Below are positions 19,601 to 28,853 of a stretch of DNA of 64,000 nucleotides, one piece after another. The stretch's first letter is position 1, and every line of letters starts with the position of its first letter. The DNA comes from an uncultured bacterium (GTDB lineage: Bacteria; Babelota; Babeliae; Babelales; Babelaceae). The notes beneath the pieces were generated by a model that did no database searches, was not told where the DNA came from, and was given only the letters and a program-made list of their open reading frames with translations. The stretch is taken from assembly GCA_963722385.1 (NCBI GenBank), contig CAVRKK010000002.1, positions 736,001 to 800,000 of the forward strand. The letters run 5' to 3'. The position numbers and the translations under genes are program-made.

Positions 19601-19958
19601 CTCCTCCTGCTCCAACCTGGAATATGGTGACATCATTTGAGCCTGAATTAGCAGTAGCAAGATACAAGCTATCCGGTGAAAATGCTACTGACTGGGGATG
19701 GGATGAGCCAAGCGGTAATGTATACGAATTTTGGCTACTCGCCACGCCTCCCGTACCTACCGTAAATAATGTTACGCCATCTGAGCCACTGTTAGCTGTA
19801 GCTGCATAAGACCCATTAGGCGAAAAAGCTACTGAAATTGGATTTAATTGGGCAGACGAAGCATAACTTGTACCTGTCAGTCGGCAGAGCGCTTGCAACT
19901 GCGTAGCACATAAAACCAAGGTGCCTAATAAAAAATACTTAAGATAATAAGCAGACAT
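16647..19958 (-). CDS. Membrane-anchored beta-propeller repeat protein B (21 blades), tandem paralog of A
   Basis: Same architecture; nearly identical N-terminus and C-terminal seven blades; upstream region also duplicated. Confidence 0.88.
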   Translation of the reverse strand: MSAYYLKYFLLGTLVLCATQLQALCRLTGTSYASSAQLNPISVAFSPNGSYAATANSGSDGVTLFTVGTGGVASSQNSYTLPLGSSHPQSVAFSPDSLYLATANSGSNDVTIFQVGAGGVLSGAVSYVLPSGSSFPYSVTFSPDGSYLAIANIFSNDVTIFQIGVGGVLSGAVSYALPSGSNKPYSVTFSPDGSYLATANEGSNNVTIFQVGAGGVLSGAVSYALPSGSNTPYSVTFSPDGSYLATANEGSNNVTIFQVGAGGVLSGAVSYALPSGSSYPQSVAFSPDSSYLATANYSNGVTIFQVGAGGVLSGAVSYALPSGSSYPQSVAFSPDSSYLATANYSNDVTIFQVGAGGVLSGAVSYALPSGSSEPLSAAFSPDGSYLATANYYSANVTIFQVGAGGVLSGAVSYALPSGSIYPYSVAFSPDGSYLATADADSNNVIIFQVGAGGVLSGAVSYASPSGSSGPFSVAFSPDGSYLATANTASNNVTIFQVGAGGVLSGASTYALPSGSSRPYSVAFSPDGSYLATADADSNNVTIFQVGAGGVLSGAVSYASPSGSSGPFSVAFSPDGSYLATANYGSNDVTIFQVGAGGVLSGAVSYALPSGSSYPQSVAFSPNGSYLATANFNSSNVTVFQVGAGGILTRPASYALPGGYSASRSVAFSPNSLYLATANSNPYIVTIFNCGSFSSTFTSVSLPPGSKNPAAITFSNNEQHLATANQNSDDVTLFQVNSVNATKLLFPGVSYPLPIGSAGPVGITFSPNSTNLATANSNSSDVTLFKVSVGQLIGASSYALPGGSINPHAIAFSSDNNYLATANSGSNDVTVFNFVEGILNNPLSYRLPSNSTQPVALTFTPDNSHLVTANAQSSDVTLFKLTNGILSNGMSKPLPKISSVPSSVVSFVDTHENTVIVVANSGSDDITLFAIINGALSEGQSRQIAQGNAQPGSISLSADGSFLAASNSGSDTIALIEFSKDAVLGNRTTHILPGNSTYCVSIAFSPILSGTGNALLATANFYSDDVSISQIFGTSSTGGYSGDGSGSSTNIGIIVGPIIGGVGALTGVVVIGIAAYFAWKYFARHRGIGSVNYSPDVAPVGQEL

Positions 19959-20242
19959 AAACTACTCCCTATGCGATCTCTTTGAAATGACTTTCATTCT
20001 AGAAAAGATTTTATTCAAAGTCAAAACTAAAGAATGGCAGGCCAGGGCCGCCTCATCTTGGATTGACAATAAATCCAAAGCGCTAGCTTGCCAAACAATG
20101 GCCGCGTCGTTTTCAACAAGCTGGCCGCTCTACTCTTAACGGTTGTGATATTTTCAGGAGCATATCCTTTGCGAATGCTACTCTCTTGATTTTACGAGAC
20201 TTCTTTCGGTATGGTAACGCTAATCCTTCTTTTAAGGAAACA

Positions 20243-21949
20243 ATGATGTATAAAAAAGCCTTATTATATCTTCTCTGCATCCTATGCGCACATAAACCTG
20301 TGCATGCGCAGAATCAAGAAGCTGCTTCAGCACAAGGTTGCTGCCCATCAAGTGGCCAACCACCCGCCTCATGCGGGCTGCTGACAAGCAGCTCCGATCT
20401 GAGTCGTGTGCACCGCTTAACCTGTGCACAATACGCAACCGCTCAGCTGTCACCCGATCAAACATTGCTCATCGAGAACTCCCCAACAACGAAAAACAGT
20501 ATCGCTTTTGCCGCAAAGCTCGCTGCTCAGCGCGGCCAAATTAGCACCACCCTTAAAGCACATGCCTACGTCAATCACCCAGCCGGCGGCGCCGTTTTTC
20601 CCAAAAATGGTGACCTGGCGGGAGCCCTTGATGCTGCTATTACTGCAATCCGAAACGCTGGAACAACTGTTCAAAAAGGCAACACGTTAAGCCGTTTTGT
20701 GCCGCTGTTTCGGAAGTTTCAGTTTATGGTGTTAACCGACCTCTACCATTACATAACCAGTATTTATACAACCTTTAACCTTATTCATAAAAATACCGTC
20801 CTCGGCTACGTCGTGGAGGAACCGACCGACGCGTTTAACAAAAAGTCACTTATTATTACGCACTTGCTGAACGTTATTCAAGACCAGATGTTCTTTATCT
20901 GCTCTTATCACCAACCCCTCGTTCCGAAGCATTTCGGGCTTAAAGCAGGCAGCTTGATGCTCCAGCACGATAACACCGCCGATCCTCTGTTCTTCATCGC
21001 CGATTTCACGCAACCGCTTTTTGCCGGCGACCTTGCTACCCAAGGGCAGAAAATAGCTCACGAAAATCTTAAAAAAACTCAAACAGTTTATCTCAATACG
21101 CTTAAGACCATACTTGCTTTCTTTGGCGCCTACGCTCACTATCTTTATGAGCCAGCTCCAGCTCCCGCGCTGCCGGGAGCAAATGCATTTTCCGTACTCG
21201 CTGAGCATATCAAGCAGCTTATGGAGAACAATCCTTTCAATCGTCGTACGCAAGAAATTGCCGCGAGCAATGCAACTTCTAAAGATAAAATAGACGCTCT
21301 GCGCGAAGCGCGAAAAAGCCTCGCACCAATCAATCCGCCCCTGCTCCATTACAATGATGCTTCACTACGCGCCTGTAAAGTGATTCCTGCCCTTGCTCGC
21401 GAGCTTCCCTTGCATGCCCAAACCGTCGGCTGGCCGGACCACTTAGTAAAAAGTGCACAAGCAGGCACGCAAGCAACAAGTCGTGGTGGTGAGCGCATGG
21501 GCTTTGTCATCGCTTACTTTGAAGACGCACAGCAGCGCAGAACACAAAACCTTGCAAGCGCCGTCAAGCTGTTTATTAATCTGCCAACCGTCAATGGCCC
21601 CTATGCGCAAGAAATCAAAAAGCAGCCTGAATGGCTCAACTCAACGCAAGGAATCATTGCAATGCTCGGCGCCTGCTTGGGCGATTACAGCACGTTAGTT
21701 GGCATGGATGTGCTTAGCCCCTGCACCGAACGTATCCTTTGCGCTGCCCTCGGACAAGCATGCTCAGGTCTTTCATCAGCGGGATGCCAAGCAGAAATGG
21801 CGCTTATTGAACAGACGCAGCAGCAATACATGCAGGCGCTCCAAGGAACCAAGCAGCCACCGCCACCACCGCCGCCGCCATCAACCAGTACCATCCCTCA
21901 GCAAGGGTTTGGGGCTCTCGGTCAGTATACAACACCATCGGGCTCATAG
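20243..21949 (+). CDS. Exported hypothetical protein, first gene of a three-gene operon
   Basis: AAGGA RBS, signal peptide ending VHA, Cys clusters at both ends, poly-Pro near the C-terminus. Confidence 0.8.
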   Translation: MMYKKALLYLLCILCAHKPVHAQNQEAASAQGCCPSSGQPPASCGLLTSSSDLSRVHRLTCAQYATAQLSPDQTLLIENSPTTKNSIAFAAKLAAQRGQISTTLKAHAYVNHPAGGAVFPKNGDLAGALDAAITAIRNAGTTVQKGNTLSRFVPLFRKFQFMVLTDLYHYITSIYTTFNLIHKNTVLGYVVEEPTDAFNKKSLIITHLLNVIQDQMFFICSYHQPLVPKHFGLKAGSLMLQHDNTADPLFFIADFTQPLFAGDLATQGQKIAHENLKKTQTVYLNTLKTILAFFGAYAHYLYEPAPAPALPGANAFSVLAEHIKQLMENNPFNRRTQEIAASNATSKDKIDALREARKSLAPINPPLLHYNDASLRACKVIPALARELPLHAQTVGWPDHLVKSAQAGTQATSRGGERMGFVIAYFEDAQQRRTQNLASAVKLFINLPTVNGPYAQEIKKQPEWLNSTQGIIAMLGACLGDYSTLVGMDVLSPCTERILCAALGQACSGLSSAGCQAEMALIEQTQQQYMQALQGTKQPPPPPPPPSTSTIPQQGFGALGQYTTPSGS

Positions 21950-21958
21950 GAGAATGCC

Positions 21959-23596
21959 ATGCGTATGCTCGTTATAGTGCTGTGTGCGATGATCGGATTA
22001 CCGAGTTTGGCTACACGTGCCCAAATAAGACAGCAATTCATCGATCTTCTTACCAGCATGCCCGCCAAAGACCAAACGGCAGCGCTGGTCGCCGTGCTTG
22101 ATGAAATGCATACAGAGCTTAAAACCAAAGCGCCAGGCGAGCATTATAAATACCTGCTGCTCAAAAAGCAGCTCGACCACTGTACTCCCCTGATAGAAAA
22201 TATGACCAAGCGCTACCAGCCGAGCGATGGTCCATTGTCATCTAAAGCGCAGCAGCTTAAGTATGTTATTAGTAAGGCGCTCAGACAAGAACGCATGCTC
22301 CTTGCCCGCGAGCGTGATATACGTAAAGCGGATCAAGTGGGGAAGTTTTGGCAACGCTTTGCTGCGCTACGCGACGATCTCAGCCAAAGCGTAACACCCC
22401 AAAACTTCATCATCGATATGCTTATCAACATTATTATCGTATCGGGTGAGTCATATGCCCAAGAGCTCTTTAGCGCAGAAGATAAAGCTGAAGAGGATAC
22501 GCTCACCGGTAAAATAAAAAAGGTACAGCAACAGTTTAAAGATACTCAAAACCAGATGAAGCAAAAGACCGGTCAGCTTATCAAAAACTTGAGCAAAGAC
22601 TTTTCAACACAGGCGCAAAACATAAAGAAAACCCTCGGTTATGCGCAAGAGCAATTTGCCCAAGAAGTAACGTATGTGCAGCGGATGATCAACCTGAGTA
22701 TGCCGCCCCTGCGCTTTATCGTTGATGGCATACCGGGTGACCTTTTTTTCAAAGCAGCCCCTATGAAAGTTCCCGGCAATTACCCATGGTACAACGTTTA
22801 CCAGATTCCCGATTGGGCATTTGATCCCGTAAGTGCAAGCTTTATCCAGCGCGGTGCGTTTGCCTATGACCTTGCCTCAAAAAATATTGTCCAGGCAACA
22901 CCCGGCGCACCAGCAGGCACGATCCATCAGGTGCTCGCAGACCCGGGACAATGGCGCGATGCATCGAATAACGTCAGCACCGTCTATGCGGAGCAAAACC
23001 AGATTTTTACCGAGTATTTCACCAATAAAAGCTCGTATCAAGTCCAGGCCGAAATTACGCTCATCAACGTTGCCTACCCTTTTTGCGCTGGCATTATATT
23101 TAATCGTGCGCGCTGGCTTGCCGGTAGTCTCGACCGTGCTTCAACGTATCGCCTTGTCGGCCTTTATGGTACCCAACAAAATAGTACACCGAAGGTAGGG
23201 CTTTACCTGGGCCAAACAAGCTTTCAGTCGCTTGGCGGCGTTCTTCCGGTGGCAACATCGCCTCTCCATGCCATCGCTGCTGGAACAAGCGCTCCCTTAT
23301 ATACCTTCGCGCCAAGCGATGCCGCGAACCTGGGCAAGGACCCGGTTGTTTTTCGCATCACGCTGGTGACGCAAGAGCTGTCAGTCTACGTATCACTTGA
23401 GAAAAAAACGGGGACTACCTGGCAAAATCTTTATAGCGGCTCAGTTGCCAATTTTGACCCGGCCGAGAGCAAACTGGTCTTCTGGTATCACGGTATCGGT
23501 TTCATGGCACCAGGCTGCCAGGCATCTTTTAAGATCATCGCACCGCCAGATTTAGCTTTTAGCTCAACCAAGCAACCACGGGGAAGCACGCCATGA
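21959..23596 (+). CDS. Exported hypothetical protein: hydrophobic helix, coiled coil, beta-rich C-terminal domain
   Basis: AGGAG RBS, signal peptide, 9 bp after the previous stop; ATGA overlap with the next gene. Confidence 0.8.
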   Translation: MRMLVIVLCAMIGLPSLATRAQIRQQFIDLLTSMPAKDQTAALVAVLDEMHTELKTKAPGEHYKYLLLKKQLDHCTPLIENMTKRYQPSDGPLSSKAQQLKYVISKALRQERMLLARERDIRKADQVGKFWQRFAALRDDLSQSVTPQNFIIDMLINIIIVSGESYAQELFSAEDKAEEDTLTGKIKKVQQQFKDTQNQMKQKTGQLIKNLSKDFSTQAQNIKKTLGYAQEQFAQEVTYVQRMINLSMPPLRFIVDGIPGDLFFKAAPMKVPGNYPWYNVYQIPDWAFDPVSASFIQRGAFAYDLASKNIVQATPGAPAGTIHQVLADPGQWRDASNNVSTVYAEQNQIFTEYFTNKSSYQVQAEITLINVAYPFCAGIIFNRARWLAGSLDRASTYRLVGLYGTQQNSTPKVGLYLGQTSFQSLGGVLPVATSPLHAIAAGTSAPLYTFAPSDAANLGKDPVVFRITLVTQELSVYVSLEKKTGTTWQNLYSGSVANFDPAESKLVFWYHGIGFMAPGCQASFKIIAPPDLAFSSTKQPRGSTP

Positions 23597-26500
23597 ACAG
23601 CCCACGCTTTCTTACCATAACTTTTTCTCTGCTTTGTGGCTCATGGTGCTTTGCCACGGATGCACCTCCAAAGAGCTTGGCTCATGTCATCAAAGAAACA
23701 CAGAAAAATGCGAAAACACAATCAAGTGGCCTGCAAGAAGCTGCTCAGCGCTTTATTTTTGCCGCATGGCCTGAGTACCCAAACCCGAGCCTCAGCGTTA
23801 CCAATCCTCCGCTCTACCCAACGCCATCAAGCAACCAAAAAGCAGTTACCAGCCTCTTCGGAGCTTCAGGGCTCCAGGTCGATGCGACCCTGCTCTCTTA
23901 TGTTCAAGCATTTTACTTTTATTTTGAATACTGCGTAAAGCGCGAGCACGCTGCCCAGCTCATAACGCTCGCCCAGCAGGCCAAAATTCCTTATGAGCAC
24001 ATCCTTGCACATGGCAGTTGGGACGAGCTTATGCAAGCGGTTGATCGCCAACGAAAAGGCGGTATCGTCTTTGGCAGCATAACACCCACCCAGGATGCAT
24101 GGGAAAGCCTAAGCAGCTTGCTTTCGATCACCTTTGAGCGAGAAAAGAAAGACCTGGGACAATTTTGGCAACTTATAACAACGACGTCTTTTTGGCGGGC
24201 ATTTCCCGTCACCAACCAGGACCTTGCCGCCTCATTGCTCTGGCAGGACTACCTCAAAACGATGGTTACCAATAGCTTCGTCCTTGATAGTCAGTTTTTG
24301 CAGATGCGGCACGCTAACGAGCAGCAACTCTTCCGCTATATTCCTTACTTGGAAACAGCCTACTACTTAGATGACTTTACCCAACAGCGCTATACTGCCG
24401 AATTAACTCAACTGGCGCTTCTGCTTAACGAAAACACACGCAAGCACTTCCTTGCACAATCACGCGACTGGGGTTCGCTCACGCAGGCTAAGACCAAAGA
24501 GTACGACTACCAAGCAATCGTAAAAGCTGCCGAGTGCTTCCAGCAATCCCCATTCTATCGCGTAATGCAAACACTCAGCCAGCCGACCTGCCAGCCAACA
24601 ACTGGCTGTGACCCCGCCTGCGATCCCACGTGCTCGTCGGCCAAAAAACCCGTTATAACGTGCAAAGAGAGCCCCTTCATCAAAAAAAAGGATGGTACGA
24701 TCGGCTTTCAGCATATTACGCTTCCTGCCCCTTATAAGCACGAGATGCTTTTCTTAAGCATGGCCATCACCCTGCAAACGTTAACCTATTACCTTTTCCA
24801 AGGTGAAAATCTTGCGCGCACGATGGCGGTACTTGCCAAAGACAAAAGCTCTTTTCCTTCAATTTTACTCTATCAAGCGACCGATGCTCTCTATCTTCAA
24901 GATTGGTCCGCTTTATCAGCGTCGCTTCCGACGGCAGCAGAAAATAACCTGCTTGCACAACAAGCAAACCGGCTGGGCGGGACATCGCCTAAGCCGAAAT
25001 CCGACAACGAGGCAGTTACCCCACAGGGATTTGTTGATTGGCTGGAGCACACGGGAAGCAAGGTAATTGGCGGGATCGAAAAGGTCGGCGGCGATATCTA
25101 TGCTACGGCAAAAGACGTCGCAGAAATAGCAAAAGATGAGGCCCAGGTCTTTTATTATCAGTCAGGCATGGCGGGCATTCTTCAAAACATGCCGCCAAAA
25201 GAAGCTCAAGAAATGGCAGAAACCTACAAAGACGCGGTAAGTGAGGACTTTAAAAACTTTGGCAAGGATGTTACCCACTTGGTCACCAATGTTGTCAAAC
25301 TGGCAACAACGGGAGCTGGCTCCCCGCTTGATCTTGTCTTGAAAGGCATCGGGGCTGTTTTAAATGACCCGAGCTTAAGCGTCGACTACGAACATATGCT
25401 CGATTCGGTAGCTGATGCGCTGGGAACTTTGATTGGCAGTAGCCTCGAGCTCGTAGGCGATGTGGCAACGCGCCTTAATACCGATGCCATTATACTGATT
25501 GCTGACGCGATCGTCGTGGTGGCAACAGCGGGGACGCATGGTACCGGCGCTGCCTTCATCAACGACTGGAAATTTATTGGCCGCGACATCGTTATATCAC
25601 TCTTAGAGACCGTCGTTATTGGTTTGGGAGCGATTAAAACCATCATCAAAGACCTGATCCAAGCGGTTGGTTATTTGATAAAGCTTATGACCGACGCGAT
25701 TATTGACCTCGGCGCCGGTGTTGCGGCCGTATTAAATCCCGCTGCCTGGCTCCAAGCGGGCGGGGTTGCCAACTATTATCATCAGTATCAGGCTGAGCTT
25801 GATACCCACAAGGAGCTCATTTCACAAATGGTAACCGTTGGCCTCTTGGTAGGCGTTACCATCGCGACAGGCGGGACGGGCGTATGGCTTGCCGTCGGCC
25901 TCGGCGCAACGCTGGCATTTGGCAGCTTCATGATCATGAGCGGGGCTCAGCAAGACACCGAAATAGCGGATGTTAAACAAGAAATAGCGCAGTATCTTGA
26001 CACGTTCACCATCTGGACGCGCAACCAAGAAATTGTTGGCACGTTCATGCAGAGTAGCCTTGTTGAAGAAGTCAAAGAGGAATTAAATGCTGAAATAAGC
26101 AATAAACAAATAGGTCTTGGATTTTACGAAAATTACTTTAACGAAACTTTTCGTGTCTTTGGCGAGCAGCAGAGCATGGCTTTAGGCGCTTACCAGAAAC
26201 AGCTGCTCAAAAAAGATGCCTATGGTATGATTGCCGACGATGTAGGCACCATGTATGGTCATATCACCGGATGGCTGAACTGGAACCCTTCGCAAGGACT
26301 TGCCCTCTATGAGCCTTGCCGTGGACACTTTGCGCAGGAGATTGCGCAGATTCCGGCAACCTTTACGAGCACTGACCAGGCAACAGGACAGCAGATGAGC
26401 GTCCCTCGCTTTTGGTTCTTGCAAAGCTTGACCAAAGATTTCGAACGCTCACCGGCAAGCGCGCTTGTTTTCGAAGCGCGGCTCCGTCCTCTTTATCTTT

Positions 26501-27948
26501 TGGACCAGTTCTATGTCGGTATCGGTATTGGTGGTGTACCGGTCGACGCCCAAGCTATTGCTCAATACAAGGGTACGATTGATCGGTATAATCATGCTAA
26601 GATGATCATCGTTAAAAAAGAGCAGGCAGGCAAACCGCCATCACTTGGCGTTTACGAGCATGAGGTAGGATCAGGTAAGGCCGGCTGGGTAGCGTCACAG
26701 CAAGCGCCTGCGTTCACGCCAGGAACATGGTATCGCTTCCGCGCAACCTTACAGGGGAGCTCCCTCGGAATACAGGTTTGGCCAGAAGGAGATTCCGCGC
26801 CATCACCAACCACGGTGCACGTGACACCATTGCCAAGCGTTGATGTGCAAAAGAGGCCTATCACGCGTGTTCCTTTCAGCGTTATATTTTCTGGGGCGTC
26901 AATTGAGTTTGATTGTGTCAATCCCGATGAGCGAAAGGCCATCACGGCCGTATCGAGCATTTATACTGGCGGCCCATCAAGCACCGAGGTGGCGCGTGAA
27001 AAAGTACAACAAGCCACCTATGAGCAGATAAGCAAGCCAACCTTTAATAAGATAAGCGACCTTGCACCAGCTTCGCCCTCGGAGCTTATTAAGGGACACT
27101 ACATTTACACAACACAGCAAACTAATATTGACGAGGCAAGTCAGCACAAAGTAACGACTGACTATGTTGCCTTTGCAGCACTTGCTCAGGAGCCCGCACA
27201 AGCTACTTCGATTGGTATGAGCCCGTTGGGAATTTTGGGGACACCACCAAACGCCCTCGTAAGTTTAGTGACCAATAAAGTGGTGAGCGGTCAAGCCCCA
27301 TTCTATCAAAATGCGATGTGGTCACAGTATGTGAGTCAAAATCAGGCAGCACAGAGTCCCGTTGGTCCAACGCTTATAGCACGTATCGATGATGCTCGTC
27401 ATGCCTATGCGACCTCACTTATGGGACAGCAAACGGTTGGAGCGTTTACGGTGACAGGCGTTAGCCTTGAGGCCATGCTTGCGGGGCAATATGTATATGC
27501 AACAATGATTAATAATCTTCCTGATTATGTTATTATGGCAACACTTGATGATCAGAACTTTGTTACTCTGTATGGCATGCCGTATGATCCATCAAATAAG
27601 CAGATCATTAATGGTCTTGTGAGCTTAGTCACGACGCAAATATACACGCTTAAGAGCACAATGCCAACATCAAATTTGGTATCAAACGCTATAACGCTTT
27701 TCACGGACACCTATGGCAATCTGCTACCCGATATCCAAGCAATGATTACCAAAGCGGCCGCTGCGCAGAAAAAGGCTGCAGGAACACCACAGCCTACCAA
27801 ACCAGCAACCGGAGCACCAACAACACCGACCAATATATCGCATACCGGCGCCCCATCGTATGGCAGTGCCGTTCCCGCCATTGGCCAATCATCGGGGAGC
27901 TTGAATCAGCAGCAACAAGATGCAAGCTCCGACACCGGCTGGGGTTAA
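23593..27948 (+). CDS. Large exported protein (1451 aa) with a translocator/pore-like hydrophobic helical region
   Basis: Signal peptide, long Gly/Ala-rich hydrophobic helices, coiled coil, beta-rich domain and two C-terminal repeats. Confidence 0.8.
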   Translation: MNSPRFLTITFSLLCGSWCFATDAPPKSLAHVIKETQKNAKTQSSGLQEAAQRFIFAAWPEYPNPSLSVTNPPLYPTPSSNQKAVTSLFGASGLQVDATLLSYVQAFYFYFEYCVKREHAAQLITLAQQAKIPYEHILAHGSWDELMQAVDRQRKGGIVFGSITPTQDAWESLSSLLSITFEREKKDLGQFWQLITTTSFWRAFPVTNQDLAASLLWQDYLKTMVTNSFVLDSQFLQMRHANEQQLFRYIPYLETAYYLDDFTQQRYTAELTQLALLLNENTRKHFLAQSRDWGSLTQAKTKEYDYQAIVKAAECFQQSPFYRVMQTLSQPTCQPTTGCDPACDPTCSSAKKPVITCKESPFIKKKDGTIGFQHITLPAPYKHEMLFLSMAITLQTLTYYLFQGENLARTMAVLAKDKSSFPSILLYQATDALYLQDWSALSASLPTAAENNLLAQQANRLGGTSPKPKSDNEAVTPQGFVDWLEHTGSKVIGGIEKVGGDIYATAKDVAEIAKDEAQVFYYQSGMAGILQNMPPKEAQEMAETYKDAVSEDFKNFGKDVTHLVTNVVKLATTGAGSPLDLVLKGIGAVLNDPSLSVDYEHMLDSVADALGTLIGSSLELVGDVATRLNTDAIILIADAIVVVATAGTHGTGAAFINDWKFIGRDIVISLLETVVIGLGAIKTIIKDLIQAVGYLIKLMTDAIIDLGAGVAAVLNPAAWLQAGGVANYYHQYQAELDTHKELISQMVTVGLLVGVTIATGGTGVWLAVGLGATLAFGSFMIMSGAQQDTEIADVKQEIAQYLDTFTIWTRNQEIVGTFMQSSLVEEVKEELNAEISNKQIGLGFYENYFNETFRVFGEQQSMALGAYQKQLLKKDAYGMIADDVGTMYGHITGWLNWNPSQGLALYEPCRGHFAQEIAQIPATFTSTDQATGQQMSVPRFWFLQSLTKDFERSPASALVFEARLRPLYLLDQFYVGIGIGGVPVDAQAIAQYKGTIDRYNHAKMIIVKKEQAGKPPSLGVYEHEVGSGKAGWVASQQAPAFTPGTWYRFRATLQGSSLGIQVWPEGDSAPSPTTVHVTPLPSVDVQKRPITRVPFSVIFSGASIEFDCVNPDERKAITAVSSIYTGGPSSTEVAREKVQQATYEQISKPTFNKISDLAPASPSELIKGHYIYTTQQTNIDEASQHKVTTDYVAFAALAQEPAQATSIGMSPLGILGTPPNALVSLVTNKVVSGQAPFYQNAMWSQYVSQNQAAQSPVGPTLIARIDDARHAYATSLMGQQTVGAFTVTGVSLEAMLAGQYVYATMINNLPDYVIMATLDDQNFVTLYGMPYDPSNKQIINGLVSLVTTQIYTLKSTMPTSNLVSNAITLFTDTYGNLLPDIQAMITKAAAAQKKAAGTPQPTKPATGAPTTPTNISHTGAPSYGSAVPAIGQSSGSLNQQQQDASSDTGWG

Positions 27949-28799
27949 GTATGCTTTCGATGCGCAAGCGCTGCGTTAACGAAAAGCTCATATTCTTGGT
28001 TGACGGGCACTTCCTTATCGCCCATGCCAATTTCAGCTAATACACCATTGAGCACTTTTACCGCTTCCTTGTATTCGTCCCAACTTTGGGAAAGCTGGTT
28101 AACGGCTGCCGGCGGCAAGGCTTCTTCGTGAGATGGCTCGTAGATTGATTCTCTGTACGTATCGTAGTCTCTGAGCAATTTTTCTTCGCTATGCAGATAC
28201 GCTATCAGCGCGGTTTTAAGCTTATCAAGGTGAGCGATTGTTTCAGCCGAAGGCGCTGATACCGGTTTTTCACCTTCTTTGCCTCCCAAATGACCGCGTA
28301 TAGTATGTATCTTTTTGCTTAACTCTTCAAGCGCTGCTAAAAGTTCAGGGTCAAGTTCCTTGCCTTCTTTTTTGGCTTGTTCGATTTTAGCGTTTATTTC
28401 ATCGATCTGACGAGTAATCATAATTATTTGGGCGGCCAGCGACGTCGTTTCTCGACTTGGCGGCGCTTTCTTAAACTCCTGGAGAAGCTTGTTCATTTGT
28501 GCTTCTAAAGCAAAAACTCTGTTTTCCACATCTTTCCCGCGCCCCCGTTGTCTTCTTCTGAACTTACCCATTCTTTCGCGCTGCCGCCGCCTAAAGGTTT
28601 TCATGCGCTTACGCTGTCTGCGTTTAAATTTATGGTCGGCTTTTTTATGGTCGGCTTTTCGCGGCTTGATGACGTGCACCGTAACTGCTACATCAACAGG
28701 AATTCTTATTCTTTTTCTCTCTCTTCTTCGCTCGTGCGCACCAGCGTTACTCATAATAGTGAGGCATATAAACAAAAAGAGAAGCTTGCGGTATTCCAT
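27945..28799 (-). CDS. Exported coiled-coil protein with an Arg/Lys-rich repeat segment
   Basis: Signal peptide ending AGA, three F[KR]RRQRxR units, then heptad-like helices. Confidence 0.75.
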   Translation of the reverse strand: MEYRKLLFLFICLTIMSNAGAHERRRERKRIRIPVDVAVTVHVIKPRKADHKKADHKFKRRQRKRMKTFRRRQRERMGKFRRRQRGRGKDVENRVFALEAQMNKLLQEFKKAPPSRETTSLAAQIIMITRQIDEINAKIEQAKKEGKELDPELLAALEELSKKIHTIRGHLGGKEGEKPVSAPSAETIAHLDKLKTALIAYLHSEEKLLRDYDTYRESIYEPSHEEALPPAAVNQLSQSWDEYKEAVKVLNGVLAEIGMGDKEVPVNQEYELFVNAALAHRKHT

Positions 28800-28853
28800 G
28801 ATACATCCTTTTTAAAGCAGGTGCATAGAGATTTCCCTATGCACCTTTTAACA

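Noticed and set aside
14400..19800. Regular 144-bp repeats as a CRISPR array
   Set aside because: The repeats are in-frame coding units without unique spacers, and no cas genes are present.
13192..19958. Diversity-generating retroelement as the source of blade variation
   Set aside because: No reverse transcriptase or non-coding template repeat in the window, and the differences do not look adenine-restricted; recombination explains them better.
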